Assembly (NCBI GenBank): GCA_035559535.1
Contig: DATMBG010000002.1
Location: 1 to 64,000, forward strand
Source: Candidatus Limnocylindrales bacterium
GTDB lineage: Bacteria; Moduliflexota; Moduliflexia; Moduliflexales; JAUQPW01
Length of the DNA stretch: 64,000 bases
Reading direction: 5' to 3'
In this document: piece by piece, positions 42,395 through 51,335 of the stretch
Numbering within the stretch: the first letter of the stretch is position 1
Layout of the letters: every line of letters begins with the position of its first letter
Position numbers and translations under genes: made by a program
The notes under the pieces: model-generated
What the model saw: only the letters and a program-made list of their open reading frames with translations
Databases searched by the model: none
Told to the model about the DNA's origin: nothing

Positions 42395-42868
42395 ATGCCG
42401 CATTTTATAAATCAGGATTGTGTGGGTTGTACGGTATGTGAGAGGGTTTGTCCTGTAGATGCCATCTCTGGGGTACGAAAAGAGGTTTTCTATATTGATC
42501 CGGATATCTGTATCGACTGTCATGCCTGTGCCTGGTTTTGTCCTGTCTCGGCCATAGAAGGTGCGGATGGAGAGGTTATTTTAGGAATCAAGAAGAAGAA
42601 AGATATTCCCAAAGCCATTGTAATTCCTTCCGATTGTACGGGATGCGAATACTGTATTGATGTCTGTCCCTTCGATTGTATTGATCTGGTTCAATCTCCA
42701 GACAATAACTTTAACAAAATCGTTGCGGTGAATGAGAAGACCTGTGTAGGATGTAGCCTGTGCGAGGATATCTGTATCAAAGGGGCCATTTATGTACCGG
42801 ATCCAGAAGAGATGAACATTGAACGAATAGCCGTAGGATCCAAGATGGTCGGTAAGGGTGAAGATTAG
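42395..42868 (+). CDS. Polyferredoxin with four 4Fe-4S motifs
   Basis: Four CxxCxxCxxxC motifs; GGAGG RBS. Confidence 0.9.
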   Translation: MPHFINQDCVGCTVCERVCPVDAISGVRKEVFYIDPDICIDCHACAWFCPVSAIEGADGEVILGIKKKKDIPKAIVIPSDCTGCEYCIDVCPFDCIDLVQSPDNNFNKIVAVNEKTCVGCSLCEDICIKGAIYVPDPEEMNIERIAVGSKMVGKGED

Positions 42869-43087
42869 AAAGTTTTCGATCCCATCCCATAAGGAGATTC
42901 ATCCGAGAGCCCATCTGGGTCTAGTTTATTTGCCTACTATCTGAATCGGTTGTTATGCCTGTATCCCATTTATTTATCGTTCCGGCAGTTGTAGCTGTAA
43001 GCCTTTTAATCGGTTTTTTTCTGGGATGGTCTCTACGAGGACGGGTAGAGCGCAGCGAAGAGGATTAAGGGAAAGGAAGTTCCAGGG

Positions 43088-43255
43088 ATGTTAATTGCCA
43101 AGATCTTGCAGATTTTAGGAATGGTGGAATTGGGACACGCTCTTTACATTGGAGTTTCTCAGGATAATGCCATGAACAAGGAAATGCTTTTGTTGGGCAT
43201 AGGTGTTATTCTTTTTATCCTGGGGCGATTCTTAGAAAAGAAGTTACCGGAGTGA
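43088..43255 (+). CDS. Small two-TM membrane protein, 55 aa (not in ORF track)
   Basis: MLIAKILQILGMVELGHALYIGVSQDNAMNKEMLLLGIGVILFILGRFLEKKLPE; AGGA upstream. Confidence 0.65.
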   Translation: MLIAKILQILGMVELGHALYIGVSQDNAMNKEMLLLGIGVILFILGRFLEKKLPE

Positions 43256-43921
43256 GATCAAAGTATTATAGTCCGACTCGATGATCTTCACGTGAAATAT
43301 TTTCTCGAATTGTTGAAGGATGAGATCTTCTACCTGTTCTAGATTTATCTCTTTTTGAAGTAACCGTGCGATGGAGGTAACCCCTTTATGGGGAATTCCA
43401 CAAGGAATTATCTGATTAAAATAAGAAAGATCGGTATTCACATTTAAAGCAAAGCCGTGGCTGGTGATCCAACCGTTACTAATCCGAATGCCGATAGCTG
43501 CCACCTTTTCTTCTCCTACCCAGACTCCCGTTAGGCCCTTTATCCTTCCGGCTACAATTCCCAGGGTGGATAAGGTTTGTATCAAAACCTCTTCCAGCGA
43601 GCGTAAATATTTATGGGCGTCCCGCCCAAAATTCTTCAGATCCAAAATAGGATATCCTACAATTTGGCCAGGACCGTGATACGTAATATCCCCACCTCGC
43701 CGGGTACGATAAAATTCGATTCCCATTTCCCTTAACTTTTCTTCGCTTACCAACAAATTTGCCGGATTTCCGCCTTCTCCAAGGGTATAAACCGGAGGAT
43801 GTTGGAGTAAAAGAAGAACCTCTGGAATATGCCCGGTTCGTCGTAATTGTACCAGGTTCTCTTGGATGGCCAGGGCCTCTTTATATTTTACCTGGCCCAT
43901 TTTTAACGCATAACATTCCAT
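43244..43921 (-). CDS. lipB: Octanoyltransferase LipB
   Basis: HPPVYTLG, RGGDITYHGPGQ, KVAAIG, HGFALN, IPCGI. Confidence 0.95.
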   Translation of the reverse strand: MECYALKMGQVKYKEALAIQENLVQLRRTGHIPEVLLLLQHPPVYTLGEGGNPANLLVSEEKLREMGIEFYRTRRGGDITYHGPGQIVGYPILDLKNFGRDAHKYLRSLEEVLIQTLSTLGIVAGRIKGLTGVWVGEEKVAAIGIRISNGWITSHGFALNVNTDLSYFNQIIPCGIPHKGVTSIARLLQKEINLEQVEDLILQQFEKIFHVKIIESDYNTLISLR

Positions 43922-44391
43922 GGTATTCTGACAGATAGTTTTTTCGTGCTAATGGGCTTTGCACCGAAAATTAGCCGATTAAATCTGTCATCGGCGCAGG
44001 TAAAAGCCTTTGGTAAACAAACTTTGCCTCCAACTGTTATTTTCCCCTTGAGTTAAGGGGCTAAAACAAGGATAGTTTCCTATCAGCCAATGTACTACCA
44101 AAGTTATTATAGCACAATATGTCCCTATGCTTTTACGTAAAGAACATTATCCGAATGTAGTTCGTTAGACCAAAGGTTAGTAGGTCGCCAAAGCCTTTCA
44201 CAAGATTAGAAAGATTATCTAACCAATATAACCTTGAAGGATCTACAAAGTTAACCGGATCAGTGATCCCATACCCCTACAGATTCGTATCCCCTCCTGC
44301 ACACCCAAAGGGCTGAAATCCAGGTTGGTTATCAAAGATCACCTGCCCAAACTCATCATAATTTATCCGCTGGATAATTGCCCCTGTCGCT

Positions 44392-44462
44392 ACCTCCCCC
44401 ACACCTCACCCTCCCCCTCTCCTGGAGCTTCAGGAGAGGGAGAAGGAGGGGGTGAGGTGGGA
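44392..44462. repeat. CCTCACCC...GGGTGAGG palindromic element
   Basis: CCTCACCCTCCCCCTCTCCTG-GAGCTT-CAGGAGAGGGAGAAGGAGGGGGTGAGG. Confidence 0.65.
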
Positions 44463-44600
44463 CCAGGGATTATGATGGGGAAGTAGGGAGGTGGACGGCG
44501 AAGGATCCGACAAGGTTTGCCAATGGAAACACAAGTCTGTGTAGATCTGTGCTGAATAATTCGGTGAATGGAATAGATTCAAATGGGGGTTGTTTAAAAT

Positions 44601-45041
44601 TCAGGAAACTAAATATCGGGCACGGATCATAACTTTTCGGGTGGAATCTTTATCTTCAATCTGTACCACAACCCTGATTTTCTTCTCAACCTTAAGAAAT
44701 CGAGCTCCCTGTACCGTACCTGTGGACAGAATCTCTACCTGCCCGGCTGAATCTAAAGGCTTTAAGATGACAGAGAAAGTTCCATTTCCCAGTAAAGTTT
44801 CGGTTTCTCCTTGATAATTTGATTCAGATTTTGACAGTTCGTGCAAGGCCTTTTCAACTCCCGCCTCAGCTAAATTAAAGGCTACATCATTGAGGTAGCT
44901 TCGAGTGGTAAGGAAATATTCGGAACTTCCACGATTTAAGGAAACACCTATCAGGATAAACAGCGAGGAAAAAACCGCCGTAATTAAAATCAAGGCTACA
45001 CCCCGTTCACTTTTTAAAACCCTCCACCCTTGCATGGTCAT
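44601..45041 (-). CDS. PilX/GspK-like minor pilin
   Basis: ERG|VALIL hydrophobic N-terminus without E5; AFNLAEAGVEKA. Confidence 0.75.
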   Translation of the reverse strand: MTMQGWRVLKSERGVALILITAVFSSLFILIGVSLNRGSSEYFLTTRSYLNDVAFNLAEAGVEKALHELSKSESNYQGETETLLGNGTFSVILKPLDSAGQVEILSTGTVQGARFLKVEKKIRVVVQIEDKDSTRKVMIRARYLVS

Positions 45042-45625
45042 TGAACTCCGGCGCGATAAGCTGAATCGATATGTAAACTTCGTGTGATCCCATACAGTTT
45101 CTTTTCCAAATCTAACTCGATTTTTACAACTGTTTGGGAAGGATTTAAAGTAAACTTTAAACTTCTCACATCCTGAGAAATTAAATCGATACCACTCTGA
45201 GAAGGAGAAGCTATCCGACGAACTTTTCCCAGAATCCCAAGGTTTTTCTCATCAGGTGGATCATAGAGATAAAGGATAGAGGCTTCTTTTCCCGGATCTC
45301 CTTCGGGTGGGCCGGGTAAGTTTAAAACCAGGACCTCTTCGGAGTTTTGAAATCCACCGCGCTGGATCGAAATTTTATAGGCACTTCGAATATCTTTACC
45401 TAGTTGGCTTAAAAACATTTGGGCCTCATGTAAAAGATCCAGATCCAGGTCGGCCCGATTAATGTTTTCATATGTGTTGGAAAAGACCGTCAGAGCCACG
45501 ATAATAAAGATCGATAAAATAAGTATGGCAACACTGACTTCAGGTAACGTAAATCCTTTTGGAGACCGATCGGATAACCCTCTGATTTTTGAATAAAAGA
45601 GTTCTATAAAATCCCTAAACCTCAT
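45038..45625 (-). CDS. PilW/GspJ-like prepilin
   Basis: KG|FTLPEV class III signal; L.KDIRSA. Confidence 0.8.
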   Translation of the reverse strand: MRFRDFIELFYSKIRGLSDRSPKGFTLPEVSVAILILSIFIIVALTVFSNTYENINRADLDLDLLHEAQMFLSQLGKDIRSAYKISIQRGGFQNSEEVLVLNLPGPPEGDPGKEASILYLYDPPDEKNLGILGKVRRIASPSQSGIDLISQDVRSLKFTLNPSQTVVKIELDLEKKLYGITRSLHIDSAYRAGVQ

Positions 45626-45990
45626 CGATGGGCCCTCAGGGTCGAAAGGGATACACTTTGCATCGTACCTGCCGACCCACGCCAGGAGATAGTCACCACA
45701 ATCTTTTTCAACTCCGAGGTATTAAAATCACTGACTTCGACCTCTCCCTGACCCTCCGGGAGATCTGGAATAGAAGACAGAGAATAACTCTTTAGCTGAT
45801 TAAAGGGAATATCTTTAGATGTTTCCATGATCGTATTGGCTTTTGCATGGGCCTTGGTGAGATTTTTAGTATCCTGAATGAGGCGTTGTTCTTGAGAAAT
45901 GGAGACGGTAAAGATAACCACCAGAATACCAAGAACGGCTAAGGCAACAAGGGATTCTAAGAGAATATAGCCCTGAATCGATTTTCGCAT
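45622..45990 (-). CDS. PilV/GspI-like prepilin
   Basis: QG|YILLESLVAL class III signal; LKKIVVTISW; start ATG 45990. Confidence 0.8.
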   Translation of the reverse strand: MRKSIQGYILLESLVALAVLGILVVIFTVSISQEQRLIQDTKNLTKAHAKANTIMETSKDIPFNQLKSYSLSSIPDLPEGQGEVEVSDFNTSELKKIVVTISWRGSAGTMQSVSLSTLRAHR

Positions 45991-46146
45991 GTTAAATCCC
46001 CCTGTAAAAGTCAAAAAGGTCGGTAAATCATCTCTCTAAATCCTGCGCTATGGTTAACCTATTCTTCCTCCTTGTCAAGGAAAAAAGATTTCTTTCTTAC
46101 ACAAATTTGAGTCCCGAAACTCAGGAATCAGATTCTCAAAGCCTCT

Positions 46147-46380
46147 TTAAAGGGCAACCTCTTCCATATAAGCTACCTGGTTCAGATTAATGACAGTCTT
46201 AGTCAACGGCTGAGAAGTTGCGGCCTGAACCATGACAAAGGGTGAGGCCTGACCGGCTTCTAAAATTTGTTGAATACTCTCTTTGACACTGAGAGATATC
46301 AAACCGGACTTTTGCTCTACTCGACCTTCCATAGAACCTGAGGTAACCGTCTGAGGAATCACGAAATAAATTTTCGTCAT
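46147..46380 (-). CDS. Hypothetical protein, 77 aa
   Basis: Purine-rich RBS (GAGGGAAGG); C-terminal VINLNQVAYMEE. Confidence 0.6.
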   Translation of the reverse strand: MTKIYFVIPQTVTSGSMEGRVEQKSGLISLSVKESIQQILEAGQASPFVMVQAATSQPLTKTVINLNQVAYMEEVAL

Positions 46381-46518
46381 CCTTCCCTCTCCCTCCTCAA
46401 AACGCCAATGGCGTCAGGGTGTACCAAAAATTCCTTCTTTCTAATTGACAAAACTGGAAAGTTATTATGAAATGTCATAATAATTTAGTGGATTAGCCTT
46501 GTCAAGTTGAAACCACTT

Positions 46519-46559
46519 CAATTGAAAATCGTCAATTATACCTTGACGATTTTCAATTG
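46519..46559. repeat. 17-bp perfect inverted repeat
   Basis: CAATTGAAAATCGTCAA-N7-TTGACGATTTTCAATTG. Confidence 0.7.
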
Positions 46560-46576
46560 TTCACCCCAATGAACTG

Positions 46577-47716
46577 ATGAAACATACGTGGGTTCTTTGT
46601 ATTTTTCTTGCTCTGCTTTTCTTAGGAGGGGAAGTTTCAGCGAAAAATTTTGAACAGATTGCTTTAGAACAAAGACCCGGCATCGTGGCGGTTATTTCCC
46701 TAAACCAGGAAACTGCTTCCTTAGGAACCGGATTTGTGGTCAACCCCAGGGGGTATGTTTTGACCAATTATCACGTGATCCAACAAGGAGACCTGATTGG
46801 AGTTAAATTCTATAATGGAGAGGTCTATGACGCTCGACCCGTCGCTTTTGATGAAGATAAAGACATAGCGGTCTTAAAAATTGATGGGGTCGGCTTTCCT
46901 ACGGTACTTCTTGGAAATTCCAGCGAATTGAAAAAAGGCGAAGCGGTCATTGCCATAGGAAATCCCCTGGGTTGGGAAGGCATTGTTACTCCGGGTCGGA
47001 TTAAAAGGATCTGCTACGTCCGATCCTCCACGGTATTGTGTGGACGTAAACCCAAGGTCTATGATTACCAGCTCATTGAAACTTCAACGCCCCTCTTACC
47101 CGGTAATAGTGGTGGACCTCTGATTAATAGCCGTGGCGAGATTATCGGAATTAATACCCTCCGTTCTAATTATCCCAGTGTAAATTTTGCAGTTCCCATT
47201 AATTATGCCAAAAGCCTGCTAAGCAAGTTGGAAAGAGAAATAGAGGGATTAGAAAAACCCATGGCTAAATCGTATCGCCGAAATGACCTGGCATCTACTA
47301 AACCGAAAGGGAGTGCGGCCATCCAAAGCATCTGGCTGGAACCGAACATCCTTTTAGATGGGGAATGGGGCCTACGCTTCCACGTAAATTTTCTCATCCG
47401 GGGATATGTGGGAGAAGAATGCTCGGTAAAGATCTTTTTCTATTACACAGATGGGCGTAAAGTCCTTAACCAAACCGAAAACTACACAGCTCCAGATAGA
47501 CAGGCCTTTGTTCAAAAGATCTTTATTCCAGAGTCTGCCGAGACCTCCCTCCAGAGTTTATCATTATTTATCCCTTACTACGCTTTACCCCCGGATCTAC
47601 CCCTTCAAGGGGAAATTGTCATTCTGGATCCTATGGGAAAAAAGCTCACCAGTAAGATGTCCAGTCCTTTTTATCTTTCAACCTCTTACTTACAAGGATG
47701 GATACCCCCTCAGTAA
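46577..47716 (+). CDS. Exported trypsin-like (S1C) serine protease, no PDZ, with unknown C-terminal domain
   Basis: Signal peptide, GTGF, TNYHV, DIAVL, PGNSGGPL. Confidence 0.88.
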   Translation: MKHTWVLCIFLALLFLGGEVSAKNFEQIALEQRPGIVAVISLNQETASLGTGFVVNPRGYVLTNYHVIQQGDLIGVKFYNGEVYDARPVAFDEDKDIAVLKIDGVGFPTVLLGNSSELKKGEAVIAIGNPLGWEGIVTPGRIKRICYVRSSTVLCGRKPKVYDYQLIETSTPLLPGNSGGPLINSRGEIIGINTLRSNYPSVNFAVPINYAKSLLSKLEREIEGLEKPMAKSYRRNDLASTKPKGSAAIQSIWLEPNILLDGEWGLRFHVNFLIRGYVGEECSVKIFFYYTDGRKVLNQTENYTAPDRQAFVQKIFIPESAETSLQSLSLFIPYYALPPDLPLQGEIVILDPMGKKLTSKMSSPFYLSTSYLQGWIPPQ

Positions 47717-47894
47717 GGGAAGAAGGACTGGGATATTGAGATATAAGGATAACCAGACTACGGAGTGATGGAACACACAAAGGTCTGATGAATAAAAATA
47801 GAAAATCTGGAGGAACTGAAATCAGATTCGATAAGAAAAAACTGTCAGGGGTATAAGAGGTGTGAAATTTTAAGAATTCCTACATAGACCTGTT

Positions 47895-48428
47895 TTAAAG
47901 CCGTTCACTACAATACTCATAGAATTTACAACTCTGGCAGCGGCTTCGGCTTGAATGATTCCTTCGGGCCGGGGTTTTTCGTAAAAGAATGGCCCGCATT
48001 TCTTCCAGTACGGTACCCAGAGCAGGAATTAAAGTCGGATCGTACGAAACTTCAGTTTGCCCATCCCTGAATCGCAAAATACCTTGATAAGGCCGGAGTC
48101 CAAATTCTCTTTCAACAAGTAGAAAGTAAGCGGCCAGTTGCATTCGATGGGAAAGGTACAGCTCTCCAGGTTTCGTTCCTCGCTTATCTTCAATAACAAG
48201 AGCCTGGGAACGGTTCCGATAAACCCAATCGGGTTTACCGCAGAGAATAACCCCCTTAATGAAAGCCTTAAGTAACCTCCCTTCGCCTTGAGCATCGGTA
48301 TAAATCAGCTTCCAGCCTTTAGGAATACTTAATTCCCTGGAAAGTCTTCTTTTTTTCAAAAGGAGATAGGGAAGAAAGAGGAAAAAATTGAAGAAAATAA
48401 ACAGACCTAACCCTAGATTGAGATTCAT
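47895..48428 (-). CDS. Cas4-like RecB/PD-(D/E)XK nuclease, C-terminal part, with N-terminal TM anchor
   Basis: TM helix then KKRR; GKPD, IEDK, QLAAY, CQSCKFYEYC; lacks the first Fe-S Cys. Confidence 0.82.
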   Translation of the reverse strand: MNLNLGLGLFIFFNFFLFLPYLLLKKRRLSRELSIPKGWKLIYTDAQGEGRLLKAFIKGVILCGKPDWVYRNRSQALVIEDKRGTKPGELYLSHRMQLAAYFLLVEREFGLRPYQGILRFRDGQTEVSYDPTLIPALGTVLEEMRAILLRKTPARRNHSSRSRCQSCKFYEYCSERL

Positions 48429-48856
48429 AGCCCCCTCCAGAGTAGAAAGGTCAGAAGGATAAATCCAACCCCTATAGAAATCCAGATCAGGTTTTCCAGA
48501 TAGAAGAGGAATCTTGTTTTCCAGGAAATGCGGCTGTGATGTTGAAGTCCTTTGTTAAGAAGCTCATAGGCTTCCAGAAGGTCGAGTAAATATCGAAGCT
48601 CAACCTTTTCTTCTGGAGAAAGAAACTTTTTAGCGCGCAGTTCGTTGATCTTTCTCAGAGCCTCCGCCTGGGAGAGTATCTGACCCTGGCGTTCCCGGTA
48701 CCAGGCCAAAGGGCAGAAACTGTACTGTCCTACTTCAGATACCGTAATAAAAACAGGATTTTTAAGAAGGGATTCCATATCGGAGAATGAACCATCCGCT
48801 TCGTTCTGCGGAATCCGGGTTCCAGATAAAATCGAAGGAAGCAGGCTATACTCCAA
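48425..48856 (-). CDS. Cas4-like N-terminal part with C-terminal TM anchor
   Basis: ITVSEVGQYSFCPLAWY, GLQHH, C-terminal hydrophobic helix; ATGA overlap with partner; alternative start ATG 48778. Confidence 0.72.
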   Translation of the reverse strand: MEYSLLPSILSGTRIPQNEADGSFSDMESLLKNPVFITVSEVGQYSFCPLAWYRERQGQILSQAEALRKINELRAKKFLSPEEKVELRYLLDLLEAYELLNKGLQHHSRISWKTRFLFYLENLIWISIGVGFILLTFLLWRGL

Positions 48857-48922
48857 ACCGACAGACTACTCCCCCATCAGGTGAAATCATATTTTGAATA
48901 AAGGCGAAGGAAGCTCTTTGGA

Positions 48923-49915
48923 TTATATTCCGGTAGTTTTATAGAATTTATATCGGTCCTCGCTTCGGACTGTAATTTCGTAGGTGACCCCATTACGTAA
49001 GATGGTTAACTCTAGCTTGTCACCTACGGAAGTAGACCATAACTGCTGGAGAAAATCGGCATCACTGGAAATCTCTATACCGTTCAGATGGGTAATAATA
49101 TCCCCCCGTTGAATTCCGGCTTTATCGCCAGGACCTCCAGCCACAACCCCTGCCACCGCCATTCCCTCGGCAACTAAAACATGGTAAACCCCCAGCCAGG
49201 AACGGGAAGGCCGACTGAGAACCCTGCCGAATTTTAGAAGCTCATCTTTAATGCCATGAAAGATATCAATGGGAATAGCCAGATTCATGGCTTGAGGCTC
49301 ACTGAGTTGAAGAGAAATAATCCCAATACACTCTCCTTGAAAATTAAGGAGAGGACTACCTCCAAACGCAGGATTTGGCGGAACCACCAGAATAGCTTCA
49401 TCCAACATGTACTCCCAATATCCGACAAAGGGTTGAATAGCAAAAATACGTCCATTGGTTATGACCCGGGTGTTTTCCTCCAGACTACCCATGGTAACAG
49501 TTAAGTCTCCGACGTTGGCTTCCTCGGAAGAGCCTAAAGAAATAGGCCATTGACCTACCGGTTCTAGAGCCCGAAGAACTCCAAATCCACTTTCAAGATC
49601 AACTCCTAAGAGCTTTGCCGGTACTTGCTGACCATCATCCAGAGTAATTTGAGCCGTATCTGCCTCCAAAATGAGATATCCTACCGTTAAAACATGAATC
49701 TCATCGATCAGAACCCCGGTTCCCTGACGAAAAGTCCCTAGAACCCGACTGGAAGGACTTGTCTCTGAAATACTGGCCTGCACACGTACTACAGAGGGTC
49801 GAACCTTATCTACAATCTGTAGGATCTGATCCTTAAGACCTACATGACCATTATGCTCATAAGAAAGTTGATAAACAATTTGCGCCATAGTTTCCTTAAC
49901 TTCACCTACTTCCAT
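48923..49915 (-). CDS. S1C protease-like protein with PDZ; catalytic residues apparently substituted
   Basis: GTGVLI, LTVGYL, PAFGGSPL, C-terminal PDZ (WLGV..AGIQRGDII). Confidence 0.8.
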   Translation of the reverse strand: MEVGEVKETMAQIVYQLSYEHNGHVGLKDQILQIVDKVRPSVVRVQASISETSPSSRVLGTFRQGTGVLIDEIHVLTVGYLILEADTAQITLDDGQQVPAKLLGVDLESGFGVLRALEPVGQWPISLGSSEEANVGDLTVTMGSLEENTRVITNGRIFAIQPFVGYWEYMLDEAILVVPPNPAFGGSPLLNFQGECIGIISLQLSEPQAMNLAIPIDIFHGIKDELLKFGRVLSRPSRSWLGVYHVLVAEGMAVAGVVAGGPGDKAGIQRGDIITHLNGIEISSDADFLQQLWSTSVGDKLELTILRNGVTYEITVRSEDRYKFYKTTGI

Positions 49916-50340
49916 TCGTCAGGAAGTTTTCTGCTTTACGAGATTACTATGTCACCAAACTTTAGAGATGTCAATCCTTAATGTAGTAAATAATACGGAA
50001 GTTTAGTCCAGGAGAAATATAACATTTTTATCTCTACCTTGTCTCCAGGCTCTATTCCCCTGTTGTTGATTTAAGGTTTAAACAGCCCCTGCAAAACCCC
50101 CTGCTTTAAATCCACAACATTAAAGCGCTGCTTCAAATTCCCCTTCCTTATGAGAAGACAGAACCTTTAGACCTGAATTCCCGGAGGAAACCTGAAAATA
50201 AGAAAAGGGAGTAAAAATCCGAAGCACCCTTGCTTATCTTAAAGGGTAGCAATATATTAAGTATTGCTTTCAAGGGATGGGAATTATGAGTTATTCTAAT
50301 TATAGAAACCCCTCTCGTTAAACTTTAAATCTAAAGGCCT

Positions 50341-51324
50341 ATGTTTCAACCTTCCTATCTTAAACTTTACGAATCCGGTGAACTTAAAGAAAGGGTCGAA
50401 AAACTAGAAGCCATGCTGGCCAGTTGTAATATTTGCCCTCGGGATTGCCGGGTAAATCGACTCAACGATGAAATTGCCGCCTGTTACTCAGGTTATAAAC
50501 CCATCGTCTCTGCTTACGTACCCCATTTCGGAGAAGAACCTCAACTGGTAGGAACCCATGGAGTTGGGAATATCTTTTTCGGTAACTGTAATCTTCGATG
50601 CGTTTACTGTCAAAATTATCAGATCAGCCAGAACTGGAGGATAGAGAGAAAAAATGAAGTTACCTTTGAGAGATTGGCCGAGATGATGATAGAACTTCAA
50701 GGAAAAGGATGCCACAGTATTGGGCTTGTTTCTCCAACCCATTTTGTTCCCCAAATAGTCAAAGCTGTTTACCTGGCCATTCCGATGGGACTTCGTCTTC
50801 CTCTCGTTTATAATACCAACGCCTACGATTCGGTCGAGGTACTCAAATTGTTGGATGGGATCATCGACATCTATCTTCCCGATTTGAAGTATAGCGAAGA
50901 TGAAATGGGCTGGCAGTATTCCAAGGTCAAGGAATACGTTCGTCACGCCCGGGCAGCCCTCAAAGAAATGTATCGTCAGATGGGAAGTGAGTTGATCCTG
51001 GGGGAAGATGGGCTGGTCAAACGGGGCCTGATTATTCGCCACCTGGTCTTACCTAATGATATTGCCGGAAGTAAAGAATCTCTTAAATTTATCCGAAACG
51101 AGCTCAGTAATCGGGTTACCCTGAGTATTATGTCCCAATATTATCCCACCCATAAAGCCAAAAATCTCCCTCTTTTAGACCGAAAAATTCGAGAAAGCGA
51201 ATACAACAAAGTCTTACAGCTTCTAGAAAAACTGGGGTTTGAAGAGGGATGGATCCAGGATTTTGAAAGTACCGACTATTACCGTCCTGATTTTGATAAT
51301 CGCGAACAACCCTTTACACGCTAA
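50341..51324 (+). CDS. PflX-like radical SAM protein
   Basis: CNICPRDCRVNR, HFGEE, CNLRCVYCQN, DIYLPDLKY, IIRHLVLP, MSQYYP. Confidence 0.88.
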   Translation: MFQPSYLKLYESGELKERVEKLEAMLASCNICPRDCRVNRLNDEIAACYSGYKPIVSAYVPHFGEEPQLVGTHGVGNIFFGNCNLRCVYCQNYQISQNWRIERKNEVTFERLAEMMIELQGKGCHSIGLVSPTHFVPQIVKAVYLAIPMGLRLPLVYNTNAYDSVEVLKLLDGIIDIYLPDLKYSEDEMGWQYSKVKEYVRHARAALKEMYRQMGSELILGEDGLVKRGLIIRHLVLPNDIAGSKESLKFIRNELSNRVTLSIMSQYYPTHKAKNLPLLDRKIRESEYNKVLQLLEKLGFEEGWIQDFESTDYYRPDFDNREQPFTR

Positions 51325-51335
51325 TCTGCTTTCAA

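Noticed and set aside
44140-44254. Possible Rrf2-regulator remnant (...DYLTNITLKDLQS*)
   Set aside because: Only a short C-terminal resemblance preceded by an in-frame stop; too little to call a pseudogene
47716-50340. CRISPR array or other cas genes near the Cas4-like pair
   Set aside because: No regularly spaced direct repeats and no cas1/cas2-like ORFs seen here or elsewhere in the window
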